Positions 37,651 through 49,007 of a stretch of 64,000 bases of DNA are shown here, in pieces. Within the stretch, counting starts at the first letter, position 1. Every line of letters begins with the position of its first letter. This DNA comes from Lama glama (lineage: Eukaryota). Made by a program: the position numbers and the translations under genes. The stretch covers positions 992,001 through 1,056,000 of the forward strand of contig CM052816.1 in NCBI GenBank assembly GCA_028534125.1, read 5' to 3'. Under the pieces are notes generated by a model that saw only the letters and a list, made by a program, of their open reading frames with translations, ran no database searches and was not told the DNA's origin.

Positions 37651-39269
37651 CTGTTAGGCTGCAGGTTTGGCCTTCTTTCTCCCTGATTTGGTTAATAATG
37701 CAAGCAGTTCTCCATCTGGCTACTTGAACTTCATACATGTGCCAAGCGCTGTGATAGGTTTAGAGGTCACAGAGTGTTTTTTTTCTAAGGAGCAAGATGA
37801 GAGCCCCAGGTCAGCAGAGCCACAGATTTTGTTACAGTGCGGAGGAGAAAGATGGGAGGTGTGGAGAGAGTACGGTGGGAGTAGAGCTGTAGGAGGCCTG
37901 GCTCTGCCTGGATGTTAAGGAAGGAGTCACTAGAACTTGGTCCTTAAGGATATGTAGTGCCTGTGGGTGGGGGCTTTGGATAATGTATACGGATGCGGGA
38001 CCAGCGGAGCAAAGATACAGCAACATACAAAGTGTACTTAACTGGGGGAATTAAGTAGCCTGTTGAAGCCAGAATACAGGGTTCATGGGGTTAGTGGTTG
38101 GAGGAGAGGTTGAAAAGGGATGCTTGAGTCGGTTTGTTGTAAAGGCCCTGTGTGTCATAAAAATGAATCTGAGTTTTATTCTGTGGGCAGTGGTAGCCTC
38201 TGATGGTTTTTAAGGCAGCCTGGTGCTTTGACCAGGCATATACTTTAAGAAGGATGCTGTGTGGCTGTTGGGAAGATTGCTTAGAGGAAAGCAAGGTTAA
38301 TGATAGTGGTAGACCAGCTGAGAAGCTACATGAAGTGTTGAGTATTTCATAGTAAGTCAGAGACAGGCCTGCTGCTCCAGCCCTGAAGCCAGCAGACACT
38401 TCAGCTGATAGAGTTCAGTTTCTCTTTTCTTTCCCCCAACCCTTGACCTGAAGGCTTTTCCTGCCTAGTCAGGAGGCAGGATGTTGGGGGTTAGGGAATC
38501 CAACATTGACTATATCCTGAGGAAGGGGAGTGAGGAAGAAACTGGGAATCTGTGTGTGTCTCTATTCTAGGAAATCCTGGTTGGTATATGAGCACTGATA
38601 AAATGGAAATTTAATGACACAACAGAAATGGGCTTGAGGTTTCTGAAAAGACTGGTGCTGTGGAGTTGTGAGGGTAGATGGTTTCTGGGAGGAAGACTTG
38701 GTGCTTGCAGGAGCTGGGAGGGTCTTGGAGGAGGGAGGCAGTATCCGTTCCCTTTCAAGACCCTTCAGGATCAGCCCTTTTGATCTTTTGATACTGGATC
38801 TGTCTGCTTGAGAGCCCAGGAGCACAGAGATGAAATCTGGGGCCCGAGGTTTTGGCTAGGATTAGAGAACTGGGCTGTGAGGCAGAGAGTAACTGGCAGA
38901 GCAGCCAGCACAAGAGAGCATATCCTTGAAACTTTTGGGTGTAAAGTGTTGAGACCAGAGGCAAGGATGCCGGGGAGAGAGTTGCACGGTCAAGACTGGC
39001 AGCTGTCCCAGAATTGGAGGGTGTGGTAGATCCCTCCGAGTAATGGGGTCTGGTGGAGTGTGGGGGTTGGTGGGACCATGCATTCTTCTTATTGGATGTG
39101 TGTCCCAATCCTTTCCCAGAACCTGGCAGACAGCAGGTGTGTGGTGCATGCCATTGAGTGACTGAGGAGTTTAGAACAAGTGGATTGTCCCAGTTCCCCT
39201 TACTGATACGCCCAGCTGCTGCCGTATTGCACAAAGCTAGTCAGAGCTGTGAGCTATGTCGCCGTGTTT

Positions 39270-41760
39270 GATTTTAAGAAATTTTATTTGAAAATAATTT
39301 TAAACTATACAACAGTTCCAAGAATAAAAATCATACAAAGACACTCATATTCCCTTTACTCAGATTCACCTATTAGCATTTTGCTCCGTTTGGTGTCCAT
39401 GATACATAATGCTTTTGTTCTGAAGCATTTGAGAAGTTGGTGTCTACTATGGCCCTCTACCCCTAATTACTTCACTGTGTATTACCTAAGAATTGGGGTT
39501 TTTTTTTGTCACCACAATATGGTTATCAATTAGTCAACATTGATACCTTAGTCTACTGTTTATATTCCAATTTTGTCATTTGACCCAATAATGGCTTTTA
39601 AAAAAATCAGTTTTATTGAGTTATAAATGACATATAATGAACTTAACATATTTTAAATATACATTTTGATAAGTTTGGACATATGTATACACCCATGAAA
39701 CTATCACCCCACAGAGTTTCCTAGTGTCTCCTTGTAATACCTCCCCCAGATGTCGTAACACCTCCCCCTGAAGTCCTCACCGGTCCCATCCCCAGGCAAC
39801 CACTGATCTCCTTTCTGCCAACATAGATTACTTTGTATTTTCTGGAGATTTATGTAAATAGAACCATAATGTATGTGCTTTTTCACATCTTGCCTAATTA
39901 TTTTGAGATTCATCCATGTGTTGTATCAGTAGTGTGTTCCTTTTTATTGCTGAATATTATTCCATTCTTTGGGTAAACCACAGTTTGTTTATCCATATTC
40001 CCCTGTTGATGGGCGTTTGGGTTGTTTCCACTTTTTGGCAATTATGAATAATGCTGCTATAAACATTCCATGTAGGATTTTGTATGGACATATGTTTTCA
40101 TTTCTCTTGGGTATATATATCTAGGAGTGGGCTTGCTGGGTCAGATGGTAACTCTCTGTTTAGCATTTTGACAAACTGCCAAACTGCTGTAAAAGGACAT
40201 TAGTTCCATACCTTACACCATATACCAAAATTAACTCAAAATGAATCATAAACCTAAATGTAAAACCTGAAACTATAAAATCTAAAAAAGAAAACATAGG
40301 GGGGAAAATGTTTGTGACTTTGGCAAAGATTTCTTAGATTCAATGCCAAAAGTGTGATTCATAAAAGGAAAAAAACCCTGATAATTAAGACGTAATCAAA
40401 ATTAAGAACTTGTATTCTTCAGTTGACACTTACAAGACTGGGGCGAGTGTTTGAATTTTTGCCTGTCTGGTGGGTGAGAAATGTTATCTTAGTCCACAGT
40501 CTGAATGAGCGTTTTTCTTATGAGTGAACTGGAACGCCTTTTCATATGTCTGAGGACCATTTTGAGTATTTTTTGGTGTGAGTTGCCCTAGTCTTTTAGA
40601 CATGGAGTTTTGGCCTCTTTTCCCCTCAGTTTTTAAAAAGTTCTTTGTCTGTTAGGACATTGGCTCTTTATTTGTGATATATGTTGTAGGTATTCTCACC
40701 CAGTTTGTGATCTGCCTTTTGGCTTGGCTTATGGTGTGTTTAGCCATGCAAAAGTCCTTGTAATGTTACTGCATCTGCATGTTGGGTCAGACTTAGAAAG
40801 CCTTTCCCTTTACCCAGGTTATAGAGGAATTGACTCATGTTTTCTTCTAGCACTCGTATAGTTTTATTTTCTCAGTTTTATTTAGATATCTAATCCACTT
40901 GGAATTTACTCTTGTATACGGATCTTTTTTTTTCCCCCAAAGACTATTTTTTGCCCCAGTAATTCTAAATATCCCCTTTGTCATTATATTAGGTTTCTAC
41001 ATGTAGTTGAGTCTATCTCTGGAGTTTAAATTCTATTCCTTTGGATGATCTGTTTGTTTACATACCAGCACCACAAACTTAATTATAGAGGCTTTGTAAT
41101 GTGTAGGATATTAATATCTGGTAGGGCTAGTCCTTCTTTACGGCTGCTTTTCATCATTTTTCTAGATGTTCTGTTACGCTTATTTTTTCATGTGAACTTC
41201 AGTGCCAGTTTGTCTAGCTCCATAAAAAAAGCATTTTTATTGAGATTTTTGGTGACGCTGAGATGTCCTAACCAAGAATAAGGGATAGTTCAGTCTTCTT
41301 TTGCGTCTTTCAGGAATTGTAGGTTCATGTAGGGTTTAAATATTTCTAGTTAAGTTTACTCCTAAATAGTATATCATTTTCATAGCTATTATAAATAGGG
41401 TTTTGTCTTTCATTATTTTTGTAAATGAGTTATTATTTGTGGATATGAAGGCTATTGATCTTCACATGTTAATTTTTATATCCCACTACGTTGCTCAATT
41501 CTTTGACTGTTCGGGTTGAGTTTATCATTGATTCTCTTAGAGTTTTCCAGGTATATTCTCATGGCATCAATAGGTTCAGATAGCTTTGCTTCTTTTCCAC
41601 TTCCTCTGCCTTTAATTGTGTTCTGCAGTCCAGTTGCATTGGCTGATCCCTCCAACAGAATGTTAAATAGTCATGTAGACCGTGGGCGGCTTGGCTTTGA
41701 CCTTCGTGGGAATGCCTCTGGTGCTTCCTTATTAGGTAAGGTGCTGGCTTTAGCCCTGAG
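39270..41760 (-). mobile_element. Nested old L1 elements in the MGAT1 intron (L1ME-like host; younger L1M 3' end 39600-40190 with a plus-strand ORF2 piece 40195-40435)
   Basis: Minus pieces: TTTTATTGAG..ATAA, CCCAGGCAACCACTGATCT, TTTGGGTTGTTTCCA, CTAGGAGTGG..TTGCTGGGTCA. Plus piece: CCATACCTTACACCATATACCAAAATTAACTCAAAATG ([16 protein letters not shown]). Confidence 0.78.
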
Positions 41761-42344
41761 GTGTGATATTAGAGTTTTAAAATCAGTAATCTTTGGGCAG
41801 TTTGATTTGAGGAATGGCAGGTGAGGAGTCTTACCCACACCTCTCCTAAGCTCTGGGTGGAAGATGGGAAATGAAATCTGTCAGATAGGGAATGGGGACG
41901 AGGAGTTCCTTTGCTTCCATTCTCCTATGGCCATCACACTCTACACTGTTCCCCCCACCAAGTATTGCTTTTCTGAGGACTCGTGAATTTATTTTGGAGT
42001 CGGGGAGAGTGTTATCCTAACCCTGTTCTCCCATATAGATTGACCCTACAGATAAGGGAACAGGCAGCTCTTTTCCAGGAGAGCCCTGGAGTTAACCCCC
42101 TGGCCTTCCTCATCCTGCACTTCTTCACCTGTTCCTGGACACTTCCCTCGCCCCATTCTGCCGCCCCTGGCAGCCCCGTGCCTTTGTGATGTTGGTTGGT
42201 TTTCTCTCTCCTCTGCTCAGGTGCGTGGCTGCTTGCTAACCCCAGAGCCCAGAGGAAGCATCCCTAGGACTCCGGGGTGTGAGGCCAGCAAGACGAGCGC
42301 AACCTTGAGCCCCACCCTTGCCTGCCTCCCCCGCGGGGGCCAGG

Positions 42345-43688
42345 ATGCTGAAGAAGCAGCCAGCAGGGCTTGTGCTGTGGGGCGCCATCCTCTTTGTGGC
42401 CTGGAACGCCCTGCTGCTCCTCTTCTTTTGGACGCGCCCGGCGCCTGGCAGGCTGCCCGCAGACAGCGTGCTCGATGACGACCCCGCCAGCCTCACCCGG
42501 GAGGTGATCCGCCTGGCCCAGGACGCTGAGGTGGAGTTGGAGCGGCAGCGGGGGCTGTTGCAGCAGATCAGGGAACACCATGCTAGGTGGAGCCAGCGGT
42601 GGAGGGTACCCACCGTGGCCCCGCCTGTGCCACCGCGCGTGCCTGTGACCTCCCCACCAGCTGTGATCCCCATCCTGGTCATCGCCTGTGACCGCAGCAC
42701 TGTCCGGCGCTGCTTGGACAAGCTGCTGCACTATCGGCCTTCGGCTGAGCGCTTCCCTATCATCGTCAGCCAGGACTGCGGGCACGAGGAGACAGCCCAG
42801 GTCATCGCCTCCTACGGCAGTGCCGTCACGCACATCCGGCAGCCCGACCTGAGCAACATCGCAGTGCCGCCCGACCACCGCAAGTTCCAGGGCTACTACA
42901 AGATCGCCCGGCACTACCGCTGGGCGCTGGGGCAGGTCTTTCACACGTTCAAGTTCCCAGCGGCGGTGGTGGTGGAGGATGACCTGGAGGTGGCTCCAGA
43001 CTTCTTTGAGTACTTCCAGGCCACGTACCCGCTGCTGAGGGCCGACCCCTCCCTCTGGTGTGTGTCTGCCTGGAACGACAACGGCAAGGAGCAGATGGTG
43101 GACTCGAGCAAGCCCGAGCTGCTCTACCGCACAGACTTCTTCCCTGGCCTGGGCTGGCTGCTGCTGGCCGAGCTCTGGGCTGAGCTGGAGCCCAAGTGGC
43201 CCAAGGCCTTCTGGGACGACTGGATGCGCCGGCCTGAGCAGCGGCAGGGCCGGGCCTGTGTGCGGCCTGAAATCTCTAGGACAATGACCTTTGGCCGCAA
43301 GGGTGTGAGCCACGGGCAGTTCTTTGACCAGCACCTCAAATTTATCAAGCTGAACCAGCACTTTGTGCCCTTCACCCAGCTGGACCTGTCCTACCTGCGG
43401 CGGGAAGCCTACGACACAGATTTCCTTGCCCGTGTCTACGGTGCTCCCCTGCTGCAGGTGGAGAAAGTGAGGACCAGTGAGCGGAGCGAGCTTGGGGAGG
43501 TGCGGGTGCAGTACACGAGCAGGGACAGCTTCAAGGCCTTTGCCAAGGCCCTGGGAGTCATGGATGACCTCAAGTCTGGTGTCCCTAGGGCTGGCTACCG
43601 GGGCATCGTCAGCTTCCTGTACCGGGGCCGCCGTGTCCACCTGGCCCCACCCCAGACGTGGGATGGCTATGATCCTAGCTGGAATTAG
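42345..43688 (+). CDS. MGAT1: Alpha-1,3-mannosyl-glycoprotein 2-beta-N-acetylglucosaminyltransferase (GnT-I, GT13 family), 447 aa, CDS in a single exon
   Basis: ATG at 42345 in context GCCAGGATG gives MLKKQPAGLVLWGAILFVAWNALLLLFFW (type II membrane anchor), a Pro-rich stem, PILVIACDRS, a DxD-type motif E211-D212-D213 (42975-42983), WPKAFWD291DW, and ...WDGYDPSWN-TAG. Residue numbers match rabbit GnT-I as I recall them. The ORF-track start at 42318 is a TTG, and an in-frame TGA lies at 42306. Confidence 0.99.
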   Translation: MLKKQPAGLVLWGAILFVAWNALLLLFFWTRPAPGRLPADSVLDDDPASLTREVIRLAQDAEVELERQRGLLQQIREHHARWSQRWRVPTVAPPVPPRVPVTSPPAVIPILVIACDRSTVRRCLDKLLHYRPSAERFPIIVSQDCGHEETAQVIASYGSAVTHIRQPDLSNIAVPPDHRKFQGYYKIARHYRWALGQVFHTFKFPAAVVVEDDLEVAPDFFEYFQATYPLLRADPSLWCVSAWNDNGKEQMVDSSKPELLYRTDFFPGLGWLLLAELWAELEPKWPKAFWDDWMRRPEQRQGRACVRPEISRTMTFGRKGVSHGQFFDQHLKFIKLNQHFVPFTQLDLSYLRREAYDTDFLARVYGAPLLQVEKVRTSERSELGEVRVQYTSRDSFKAFAKALGVMDDLKSGVPRAGYRGIVSFLYRGRRVHLAPPQTWDGYDPSWN

Positions 43689-44112
43689 CAGCACCTGCCT
43701 GTCCCTCCTGGGGCCCCTCCCTGCCATATCGTGGGCTAAGACAGGACTGCAGTCCCTGGACTGCATCGTCCTCTCTGTTTTTCTCTTGGGTCCATTTATC
43801 TCCTTTTTTCCCCTTTTTTGAGTGGCATTTGAGTGCACAGATAGTAAGGTGAGGGTTATTCTCCCATTCTCAAGGACGTCAAATCAGGGGAATCCTCTGG
43901 GGCATGTTGGGGGAGCATTACTAAGCAGGAAACCACTGTGTGGTTTAGGGAGACTGGGGCTCGTTGAGGCCACAGACTTCCATGTTCCAGGTTTTCTTCT
44001 AGGGCATCTGCAGAGAGGTTGGCAACTTAGTTCTCTCGACCAGGCCTCTTTTTCCTGTCCTGGGTCTTCCAGCCAGAGTATGAGCCCTCCTTTTACACCT
44101 GCCCCCCACCCG

Positions 44113-44612
44113 NNNNNNNNNNNNNNNNNNNNNNNNNNNNNNNNNNNNNNNNNNNNNNNNNNNNNNNNNNNNNNNNNNNNNNNNNNNNNNNNNNNNNNNN
44201 NNNNNNNNNNNNNNNNNNNNNNNNNNNNNNNNNNNNNNNNNNNNNNNNNNNNNNNNNNNNNNNNNNNNNNNNNNNNNNNNNNNNNNNNNNNNNNNNNNNN
44301 NNNNNNNNNNNNNNNNNNNNNNNNNNNNNNNNNNNNNNNNNNNNNNNNNNNNNNNNNNNNNNNNNNNNNNNNNNNNNNNNNNNNNNNNNNNNNNNNNNNN
44401 NNNNNNNNNNNNNNNNNNNNNNNNNNNNNNNNNNNNNNNNNNNNNNNNNNNNNNNNNNNNNNNNNNNNNNNNNNNNNNNNNNNNNNNNNNNNNNNNNNNN
44501 NNNNNNNNNNNNNNNNNNNNNNNNNNNNNNNNNNNNNNNNNNNNNNNNNNNNNNNNNNNNNNNNNNNNNNNNNNNNNNNNNNNNNNNNNNNNNNNNNNNN
44601 NNNNNNNNNNNN
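44113..44612. other. Assembly gap (exactly 500 N) inside the MGAT1 3' UTR
   Basis: Run of N, read directly. Confidence 1.
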
Positions 44613-44843
44613 AAAAAAAAAAAAAACAGAGACTCAGGTTTCTCCTGAAGTGAGGAGCACTTTGACTGGTCTATGTGTCTTGATTCTTTTCCTTCTGATG
44701 CGGTTCCCCAGAGAGGCCACCTTCACCATGCCCAGGCATCCTCAGGTGTGACTGATACGTGCGTGGCTGCCACTCCTCATAAACCACCATCCTCCCGTGG
44801 GTAACAGAGCAAGTGGAAACACCAAATGGACAAGCATGGTGTC

Positions 44844-44888
44844 ATTAAATCCTGCAGAATTCTGCTACCCTTGAGTTCGGAGATTAAA
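44844..44888 (+). terminator. Candidate MGAT1 polyadenylation signals (two ATTAAA hexamers)
   Basis: ATTAAA at 44844-44849 and 44883-44888. No AATAAA is visible in the sequenced part of the 3' UTR, but 500 N are hidden. Confidence 0.55.
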
Positions 44889-46079
44889 GATAATTCCAAA
44901 GAGCTCGCCCAGCTCAACAGAGCTCCCAGGCCAGGTGGGCCCTCACTGAAAGGTGACTAACTGGCTTGGCGCTCGCAGGTTGCAAGTCCCCGCAGGGGGA
45001 GGGTGTGTCCGTGTGGCGCACAGGGTCTCCGCTGCCCGCAGGAGGCCTCGCAGGGACCGGGTATGTTTGTGGACCCAGAAGTGACTCGGGCTGGCCCACC
45101 ACTCCTCTGCCCTGGCCTTGGCCCCTCTGCCTCTACCGGTGACCCACAGCCCTTCCTCCTCCACTTCCTGCCGATCTCTGGAACCACTGCTGTTTCTCTC
45201 TTCCCTCGTTTGTCCTCCTCTCTTATCTTGGTCACCTGGTGAGATCTAATTTTAGGGTGAGTCACCCTAAGTGTGAACAAATGTGTTGGGTAGAGTCTCT
45301 GGCCAGGGGCTCCCTTGAACCTTCAGTTAATCCCCTGGGGTTTCTTCAAAACCCAGCCAGGGCTGGGGATTGAGGCTGGGACGTGGTAGGGGGTCAGGGA
45401 CAGGGCTGCAGGTGGGGCTGAGGATGAGGTGGGAGGCAGAGGAGGGGTGAGGGTGGACTGCATTTTGATTGTTAGAGACAACACCCCTTTTAAAATGATA
45501 GGTATCATTTACTTTTTTTCATATTGCAAAAGCAATACATGTTCATTTTCGAAATCAGGAAACAGATAATATAATATAAACATTCACACGTCCACACGAC
45601 CCCCTTATCTCTGTTTAAACCTATCAGACTTCTTTCTTACATATGTAAATAAATAGATAAAACATCTATAAAACCCATAAAGTTACATAAATGTTTATTT
45701 AGCTTTATATAAGTTAAACATTTATATATATACTATATATTGTTTTATAGCCATGTCAAATATTCACCTTCACCATAGTTTTTAATCATTTACCCTCTTC
45801 CTTAAATATCCTCAACAAACACGTGGGATTTTAGGCTTCCTGAAGGGATTTCCTTTGAGCCCTTGAACTTCCATCTGTTCCAACCCACCCTCCATCTAAG
45901 GTGGGCAAGTCACACACAGGGTGTTTATGCTTGGGGCAGAGGTCACGTAAGGAGCAATTCTGCCACTTTTCCGTTGATTCATCTCTGTTTCCCTCTGATC
46001 TTAATTATAAAAACGAGATCACTAGGTAACATTTAACTGAACTCCTGACTTATGCTCTAAGTGCACACAATATCTTGCC

Positions 46080-46738
46080 TAACCTGTTGATTCTTTCCCT
46101 AGATTAATAGAAGTAGGAACGAAAAATTAAGTGGTAAAAGAATGACCAGCTCTCTACCCTCGGCAGCCCCCATAGCAATCCTGCAGACAGACTGCACGGA
46201 CAAGATAACATGTTAAGATCGTGAGGCGTCAGCCAGACTGCATGCAGTGGGAAAAGATGCAGAACCTAACCTTCTGCCTCAATGATTAACCGAGATTACT
46301 TCCCCTCTTTTCCCTTTAAAAAGTGTCATGGCTGAACAGAATCTTCAGAGTTGGTTTTGGGGGACATTGGGGTCTGCCTTCTCCCCAGATTGCCAGCTTT
46401 CTGATTAGAGCAACTTTCCCTGCTACCAATATTTGCCTTTCTGGTATTGATTTTCCAGCAGTGAGCAGCCGGACCTGAGTCCAATCAGGGAGGGGCCCCG
46501 TGCTGATGTGGGGACTGGCACCACATCTGTCTTGAGGCAGGCTTGCTTGACTGCTTTCCTTTGTTTCTGAATTTTCTCATTTATCTGATTAAATTTGCTC
46601 TTTAGAACTCTGGGACGGCCTAGAGGCTAAAGCTTTTTTTTTTTTTTTTTAACAAACAAGAGGTGGGGGATCATTGGGTGAAGGGCTGGGAGGGCCCACG
46701 TCTGTCCCTGGGAAGGCCCCACAGGGTCCTGCTGTTTC
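46080..46738 (+). mobile_element. ERV-type LTR sequences (probably two adjacent or nested LTR fragments)
   Basis: LTR-like motifs TTCCCTTTAAAAA, CTTCTCCCCAGATTGCCAGCTTTCTGATTA and GAGCAGCCGGACCTGAG, then a second unit with CTGATTAAA ending GGGTCCTGCTGTTTCA. Family not identifiable by eye. Confidence 0.55.
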
Positions 46739-46809
46739 ACAAAAATCAGTGTATCCCTTCCAGGAGATGCACAATACACTCGTATAAAAAGCAGAGGACC
46801 TTTGGCTAA

Positions 46810-47200
46810 CAGGGTATCAGGATGGCAGCTGGAACAGAGACCCAAAATGATCGTGGCCGAAATAAGATGTTTTATTTGTGATTTGTTCCAAAGTCCAAAT
46901 GGGTGGTGTCTTAGGGCTGCTCCAGCAGATGCACACCCACCAAGAACTCAGCCTTCCATTTTGTCTTCTGTGATCTTCAACACACGGCTCCCAGCTCCTA
47001 GGCAAAGATGGTGCCCTGGCTCCAGTCAGAAAGGAGGAAAGAGGAGGGGAGGGCACACCTCCTTCTTTTTTAGAATGAAACCTAGAATTTGTACGTATCA
47101 CCTTCCCCTACCTCCCACTCACCAAAACTTGCTCTAGTTCCCCTGGTTGGACGGGAGACCGGGAAATGGAGTGGCAACCATGTGTTCAGCTAAAACTTCT
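46810..47200 (-). mobile_element. Old MLT1(J/K)-type LTR fragment
   Basis: CAGAGACCCAAAAT..AATAAGAT..TTTATTT, CCTTCCATTTTG..CT and CAAAGATGG..CTCCAG motifs. Confidence 0.5.
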
Positions 47201-47261
47201 CTTAAGCCATGCAGTGGGCAAGAGTGAGGTCCCACATCATGAAAGGGGACCTGGCCGCTAT

Positions 47262-47665
47262 CTTTTTTTTTTTTTTATATAGACTTTTTTTTTTTTTTAG
47301 AGCAGTTTCAGGTTCACAGCTGAACTGAGCAGAAAATACAGGAAGTTCACACATAGCCCTCCCCACCCACACATATATACTTCCCTACCTTCAACATCCC
47401 TCATCAGTGTGGCCTATTTAGTACAACTGACAGCCCAACACGGACACATTATTATCAACCAAAGTCCATAGTTTACATCAGGGTTCACTCTTGATGTTGT
47501 ACATTCTGTGGGTTTTGACAAATACATAATGACATGCAGCCATCACTATAATATCATACAGGATAATTTCATCGCTCTAAAAATCCCTTGTGCTTCATCT
47601 ATTCATCCCTCCCTCCCTCTCCCCAAACCCCTGGAAGCCATGATCTTTTTACTGTTCCTGTAGCT
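47262..47665 (-). mobile_element. L1MA-type 3' end
   Basis: T-tail, then TTTAGAGCAGTTT.AGGTTCACAG, CAACCAAAGTCCATAGTTTACAT.AGGGTTCACTCTTG.TGTTGTACATTCTGTGGGTTTTGACAAAT. Confidence 0.85.
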
Positions 47666-47669
47666 GTGC

Positions 47670-47985
47670 CTGGGCTCCATCTTGTTTGCTAGATTGCACA
47701 AGCCCCGAGCCTCCAGCTGTGCGAACTGCCTTGGAAGAAGTCTGATGACCTGAGAATGCATCGCTGGAGAGGCTTTAGCCATGCGAATCAGCCACCTTGC
47801 ATATCCAGCCTTTAGATGTCTGCTGCCCTGCCAACGCCTGACTGCAAATGCAGGGGACACCCCAAGTGACAGCTGCCTGGACAATCCCTTCCTGAATTTA
47901 TGATCCACAAATAGGAGCAAAATAAAATGGTTGTTCTCTCGATGCTAAGTTTTGGAGTGATTCCTTAGGCAACAATAGTACCTGG
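47670..47985 (+). mobile_element. MLT1-type LTR 3' part, interrupted at its end by a younger LTR
   Basis: CCAGCCTTTAGATG..CTGC..CC..CCAAC..CTGACTGCAA and AAAATAAAATGGTTGTT..GCTAAGTTTTGGAGTGATT..GCAACAATAG. Confidence 0.7.
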
Positions 47986-48415
47986 TGTAATAGAGCAAAC
48001 CAAATCTGACTCTATATTAGATCTGTTCCTTTGTTTTCTAGGCTGTCTTGCTAGCTCTGCACTCATGTAAAGATAACAAGTTGCAGAATTGAGAATGACA
48101 TTTGTTTTGTTGCAGGTTTTGCAGGAGCACCATGACGTGGCCCATGTGGACAGCTGCAGGAACAAAGAATTCCTACACCGAGAAGTTTGCAACAACCAAC
48201 CACACCCCTTCCCCTGTTTTTTGTTTTTTGGGGTTTTTTTGTATAAAAGGAGCCTGTATTCTGACTTGAGCAGGATGGCTCTCCAAGATACTGGTCTGCC
48301 ATCCTCTCGGTCTGCCGGCTTTCTGAATAAAGTCACTATTCCTTGCCCCAACACCTTGTCTCCCAGTTTATTGGCCTGTCGTGCGGCAAGCAGAACGAGT
48401 TTGGACTTGGTAACA
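47986..48415 (+). mobile_element. Intact ERV1-class solo LTR (430 bp) with 4-bp TSD
   Basis: TGTAAT...GGTAACA ends, perfect TSD CTGG (47982-47985 and 48416-48419), TATAAAA at 48242-48248 and AATAAA at 48326-48331. Confidence 0.92.
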
Positions 48416-49007
48416 CTGGTACTCATAGGTACTATGTTCTGTCACTGAAATGTTACACAATTTTATGTAAACAGAAGGAAATTTTTAAACAAATATTTGG
48501 AGAATAAGATTTTTAAACACTTACTCTTTAATCCCTGGGAAGGGAGGATATGGCTGTCTAGGAGACTGGTTCTATTATTGAGAGAAAAGTGATCCTTGAA
48601 TTAAAATATATGAGTATCTTTTTTCCTCCCAAAACTTTAAAAAACTTTATATTCAAAATAATCTCCAAGGTTTTAATTGTGAAAATTTTCAAACCCATAC
48701 AGAAGTTGAAAGACCAGTACCAAGAAGACTCATATTTCTCCCACTGAGATAATGCAATAATTCATACTTTTCCATATAGCAAATATATAATTTTCTGTAC
48801 CATTTGACAGAAAGTTGCAGAATATCTTATTTTTAAATAACTTTTTTTCTGTTCATATAAGTAATATAATGCTCATTGTGTAGCTTTTGTAAAATGTGGA
48901 AAAATTTAAAAAATAAAGTGCATCCATAACCCCACTGCCCAGATTAACTGTCTCGATTCTTGGCTTATGTGGCAAGTTGCGCATCTGAACTTGGTTTTCG
49001 TTGGGCA

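Larger units (their letters stand above)
42221..44910 (+). other. MGAT1: MGAT1 terminal exon (124-nt 5' UTR part, CDS, 3' UTR interrupted by an assembly gap)
   Basis: Strong acceptor TTTTCTCTCTCCTCTGCTCAG|GTG with AG at 42219-42220. The 3' end is inferred from ATTAAA hexamers at 44844 and 44883; the exact cleavage site is not determinable. Confidence 0.8.

Noticed and set aside
42318..42344. N-terminal extension of MGAT1 (456 aa) in the ORF track
   Set aside because: It starts at TTG, a bacterial-style start call. The ATG at 42345 has A at -3 and gives the known N-terminus.
43822..44751. 309-aa ORF (and the ORFs at 59769-60640)
   Set aside because: Their length comes from translating through N gaps.
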